From Bdellovibrionales bacterium (lineage in GTDB: Bacteria; Bdellovibrionota; Bdellovibrionia; Bdellovibrionales; JAUICD01): 64,000 nucleotides of DNA. The translations under genes and the position numbers were made by a program. The notes beneath the pieces were generated by a model. That model ran no database searches. It was not told the DNA's origin and was given only the letters and a program-made list of their open reading frames with translations. Below, piece by piece: positions 60,787 to 64,000 of this stretch; position 1 is the stretch's first letter, and every line of letters begins with the position of its first letter. The stretch covers positions 243,070 through 307,069 of the forward strand of contig CBDANC010000013.1 in assembly GCA_965197425.1 (NCBI GenBank), read 5' to 3'.

Positions 60787-60861
60787 AAAATCCTCAAGTT
60801 TAGTGATTTTACCATAGTATCCACCCTAAGTATTTTAAAAGCAACATGCTATCTATGTTTC

Positions 60862-60988
60862 AAGGCCTTCCTCATCAAGCTAAAAGATGAATTGGTGAAA
60901 TGTTAAGACGCAGTCCAAATGTAACCAAGACATCTTTTAGCTTGATGGTTGTCCAGTTTTCTATGTCGTAGGTATCTCCCTCTACGTT
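60862..60988 (+). repeat. 123-nt-family element (subfamily C)
   Basis: AAGGCCTTCC head; perfect 17-bp stem CATCAAGCTAAAAGATG/CATCTTTTAGCTTGATG; TTGGT-GAAA...ACCAA core. Confidence 0.85.
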
Positions 60989-61011
60989 AAAGGATCGTCT
61001 GTGAGGTCCAC

Positions 61012-61109
61012 CAAGAAACAGCCATTCAGCCAAAAAATGTTCTGTCTTCACTTGTACTTCGTATAATCATTACGCCAGTCCATTCGTTCAGCCTCACTAA
61101 GCTCACCTT
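61012..61109 (-). repeat. Decayed 123-nt-family element, inverted relative to its neighbour
   Basis: Minus strand aligns with subfamily A (ACGAAGTACAAGTGAA..CA.AACAT.TTTTG.C). Confidence 0.7.
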
Positions 61110-61120
61110 TAAAGCTGCTG

Positions 61121-62137
61121 CTATTGATGTCTGGACAAACGAAAAATAACTCTTTTAAGAGCGCCAGGCCTATCCGTGATGATACCCTTAACACCCATTT
61201 TTATTAACTCTTCCATCTCTTCCTCATCATTTATAGTCCAAGCGTATAAAGGTTTTTTTCTCCTGTTTAATTCATCTATCAAAGTCTTTGTTATTACTTC
61301 CTTACCTCTATAGCGTCTAGGCAGACAATATACATCAGACTTTAGTTTAAATAACAGCTCGATAGATGCATCAGCATGCACAAACCCAAGCCTACTTAAA
61401 GGTATTAACTTATATGCAATTTCAGGTCTTGTGGGGGCAAACAACCAGTTTGGTTTTCTTTTTCTAATCTTATAAATTGGTAAAAAAAGCTCACTAGATA
61501 CGATTAGCCTACCTTCCAAACTATTTACATTATCAGCATAAGTTTGGTTATGTGTAACACCATTTTCATAAGATTTGTTTGCATCTTCTTTTAACTCATT
61601 TATGAGGCTTATCAATGCATTTACTGCTCTCAATTGTTCGTCCAGGTTGCCCTTCAACTCTACAATCATTCTATTGCTATATTTTCTAAAAACATCTCCC
61701 AACTTAGGAACAAGCAATTGTGCATATACACTCTGTCTATAAGGATACGCACCTCCAAATTCAAAATTGTAGCCAGCATTTAATTTTGCAATTGAAGCCA
61801 TATCGGAAGAACTAACCTTACCAGAGCCATTTGTAGTTCTATCCAAAGTATCATCGTGCATCACAACAAGATGATTATCCGAGGTGACCCTTGCATCCAA
61901 CTCAATTATTGCATCTGGAAAGTTTTTGGCTACATAAGAAAAGGCCATATGAGTGTTTTCAGGACGCTCCAAAGAACCACCCCTGTGAGCTATAATCTCT
62001 ACATCACTAATCCCAGGAAAAAAATTGCTTTCCGGATCCTTAAATTCCATCCTTAGGGAATACCAATTCAAAGCAAACACAAAAGCACTGGAAAACAGAA
62101 CAAAAATAGTGAACAATAGGCCTATAAACTTAATCAT
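61121..62137 (-). CDS. Glycerophosphodiester phosphodiesterase
   Basis: IAHRGG, PENT, ELD, VVMHD..LDRTTNG, WTIND, GIITDRP. Confidence 0.92.
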   Translation of the reverse strand: MIKFIGLLFTIFVLFSSAFVFALNWYSLRMEFKDPESNFFPGISDVEIIAHRGGSLERPENTHMAFSYVAKNFPDAIIELDARVTSDNHLVVMHDDTLDRTTNGSGKVSSSDMASIAKLNAGYNFEFGGAYPYRQSVYAQLLVPKLGDVFRKYSNRMIVELKGNLDEQLRAVNALISLINELKEDANKSYENGVTHNQTYADNVNSLEGRLIVSSELFLPIYKIRKRKPNWLFAPTRPEIAYKLIPLSRLGFVHADASIELLFKLKSDVYCLPRRYRGKEVITKTLIDELNRRKKPLYAWTINDEEEMEELIKMGVKGIITDRPGALKRVIFRLSRHQ

Positions 62138-62190
62138 TGCTTCGTGCCTTACATTTTCTTACATATTGCAATTTTAAACAACTAAAATAG

Positions 62191-63816
62191 CTATAGTTTC
62201 GTGAGTCTCTTTAAAAATTTATCCGGGCTTTCATATCCTGTCAAAGTTATATCCTCTCTTAAATGCCCATCACCATCATAAAATATGACTGTAGGCAGCC
62301 CCACAACTTTTAGCTTGCTTTTTAATTCTTTGTTCATTTCTGTATTCAGAGTGTTGTCTATCTTCAATAACAAAAAACCTTCCAATGCCTCAATTACCCT
62401 ATTATCAGAAAAAGTTTCCTTATCCAACTTAATACAACTAGGACACCAGGCAGCCCAAAAATCTAAAACAATAGGAGTATTATTAGCCAACGCATCTTCG
62501 AATAGCTCCTGATTATATGGTTGAAATATCTTTGCACTGTTATCTGAAAAAATTGATCCAAATGTTGCGTAAAAAACTCCTTTAGAAAATAACAACACAC
62601 CCAGCGCAAAAATAATACTAAGAGTTACCTTTTTTAACTTCAAAGCCAAGGTGTCTGATTTAGATTTTAATAGGCCAAATGAAAGAGCAATCACAACAGC
62701 AGATAAACCAGCTAAAATATAAAAAATTCTATCATGCAAAATAGGCCTTATATAATGAAAACCCATTGCTATCATGACAGTTCCAAAAATAAACTTGGCA
62801 CCCTCAAGCCAACCACCAGATTTAGGTAAGTTATTGATAAGCTGACTAAAGATACCCAACAACACCAAAAGTACTCCAAAGCCCATCGCAAATGTAAATA
62901 AAAATAAAAAGCCTAAAACCATACTTTGAGTGATTGATGTGTAGAGCAACAAACCAACCAACACTGGGCCTATACAAGGACTTGCTATTACACCTGCAAT
63001 AATCCCCGACAGAAATACACCCAAATAACCCCGCTTTTCTACATTAAACTTATCTATAACAAAATGTGGAAGCCTAATCTCAAACAAGCCATACATACTA
63101 AGACCCATGAGTATAAATATTAAAGACAAAACTATAATAAATTTTGGATCAGCCATATAAGTACCCAAAATAGACCCAGTAGAAGAAGCAATTACACCCA
63201 AAATTGAATATGTAGTAGCAATGCCCAACACATAGGCCGCACTTATCAAAAAACTCTTAAATCTAGTCTGATTGATAACCTTGTTACCCAGTATTGATAT
63301 AGTTATTGGAATCATAGGAAACACACAAGGCGTAAGACTAGACAAAAAGCCAGCAAAAAAGATAACAACAAGTGCGTAAATTAAACCCTTGTTCAAAGCC
63401 TTAGTAAATTTGTTATCCCCACTGATCGATGCTGTGAATGGAATTTCCTTAGGCAAAAGACAGACGGTATCAGTACACGCCTGATACTCTAATACACCTT
63501 CAAGACTAGTAGAAGGCGTCTCCACATGAGCAGTAATTGTACCAGACCCAATTATCCCCTCTTTATCCTTCTGAGTTACTGGATCAAAAAAAACTTTTTT
63601 TGGTTCAATTTCTATATCATAGAATAACTCGCTAGGAGTAATCTTCAATCTATCAGAATAAGCTTTAAAACCCTCTTGCAATTCGACTTCTAATCTTATT
63701 GTGTGATCTTCTGTGGTAACAGAAATTAACTTTAGTGGATTAAGGTTAAAGTCCTCAGCAAAAGCAAAAGAACAAAGAATCAAGAGTACGAAAACAACCT
63801 GATTTTTCAAAACCAA
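62191..63816 (-). CDS. dsbD: Protein-disulfide reductase DsbD
   Basis: YQAC...CL.P, LTPCVFPMIP, SPCIGP, LPKSG.W, DFWAAWCPSC. Confidence 0.92.
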   Translation of the reverse strand: MVLKNQVVFVLLILCSFAFAEDFNLNPLKLISVTTEDHTIRLEVELQEGFKAYSDRLKITPSELFYDIEIEPKKVFFDPVTQKDKEGIIGSGTITAHVETPSTSLEGVLEYQACTDTVCLLPKEIPFTASISGDNKFTKALNKGLIYALVVIFFAGFLSSLTPCVFPMIPITISILGNKVINQTRFKSFLISAAYVLGIATTYSILGVIASSTGSILGTYMADPKFIIVLSLIFILMGLSMYGLFEIRLPHFVIDKFNVEKRGYLGVFLSGIIAGVIASPCIGPVLVGLLLYTSITQSMVLGFLFLFTFAMGFGVLLVLLGIFSQLINNLPKSGGWLEGAKFIFGTVMIAMGFHYIRPILHDRIFYILAGLSAVVIALSFGLLKSKSDTLALKLKKVTLSIIFALGVLLFSKGVFYATFGSIFSDNSAKIFQPYNQELFEDALANNTPIVLDFWAAWCPSCIKLDKETFSDNRVIEALEGFLLLKIDNTLNTEMNKELKSKLKVVGLPTVIFYDGDGHLREDITLTGYESPDKFLKRLTKL

Positions 63817-63889
63817 ACCTCATAAGAAATAATTGGTAAAACCACCAAACGGTGATAGCATCAGACTTACTCAAAGTAAACTAAAGACT

Positions 63890-64000
63890 CTACCTTTTCA
63901 ATGCCCTTATACCAGCTCCAATAGTAAACAATAGCACTCCAAATATAAGCCATCCCCTACCCACCTCCGGCAATAAACCTAATATCATGATGACAAATCC
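63890..64000 (-). CDS. 3' end of a membrane protein (truncated by window edge)
   Basis: Manual translation GFVIMILGLLPEVGRGWLIFGVLLFTIGAGIRALKR*. Confidence 0.45.
   Translation of the reverse strand, partial: GFVIMILGLLPEVGRGWLIFGVLLFTIGAGIRALKR

Noticed and set aside
2002..62512. Many short antisense or overlapping ORFs (e.g. 15094-15600, 33874-34371, 46299-46598)
   Set aside because: Shadow frames of well-supported genes, with no motifs or RBS.

Overview
AT-rich bacterial chromosomal segment. Gene content (FHA-GGDEF cyclase, YQNC-type secreted protease, CFI-box-CTERM and VWA proteins, prs-rplY-pth-ychF) suggests Bdellovibrionota; this is an inference, not a database result. It holds ordinary housekeeping genes (pssA, asd, hemF, hemB, clpB, galU, purB, ychF, pth, rplY, prs, manC, pgi-like, tolQR-like, dsbD, tRNA-Arg) and accessory material: ankyrin proteins, two DNA methyltransferases, a decayed ThaI-like endonuclease and three giant paralogous repeat proteins. 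The most striking signal is three families of dispersed repeats. (1) An 18-bp hairpin micro-element (consensus RCGGAHACTCCRCYNGTR) with 14 copies at 9 loci, 13 of them in-frame inside protein-coding genes, adding 6-aa peptides; a paralog in the window shows the empty site. (2) A ~123-nt intergenic element with a covarying stem-loop, about 12 full or partial copies. (3) Octamer arrays flanking a standalone bAvd-like four-helix-bundle gene. The three giant proteins each carry an N-terminal signal peptide plus a second, internal lipoprotein-type signal. No reverse transcriptase, intact transposase, integrase or CRISPR was found in the window.
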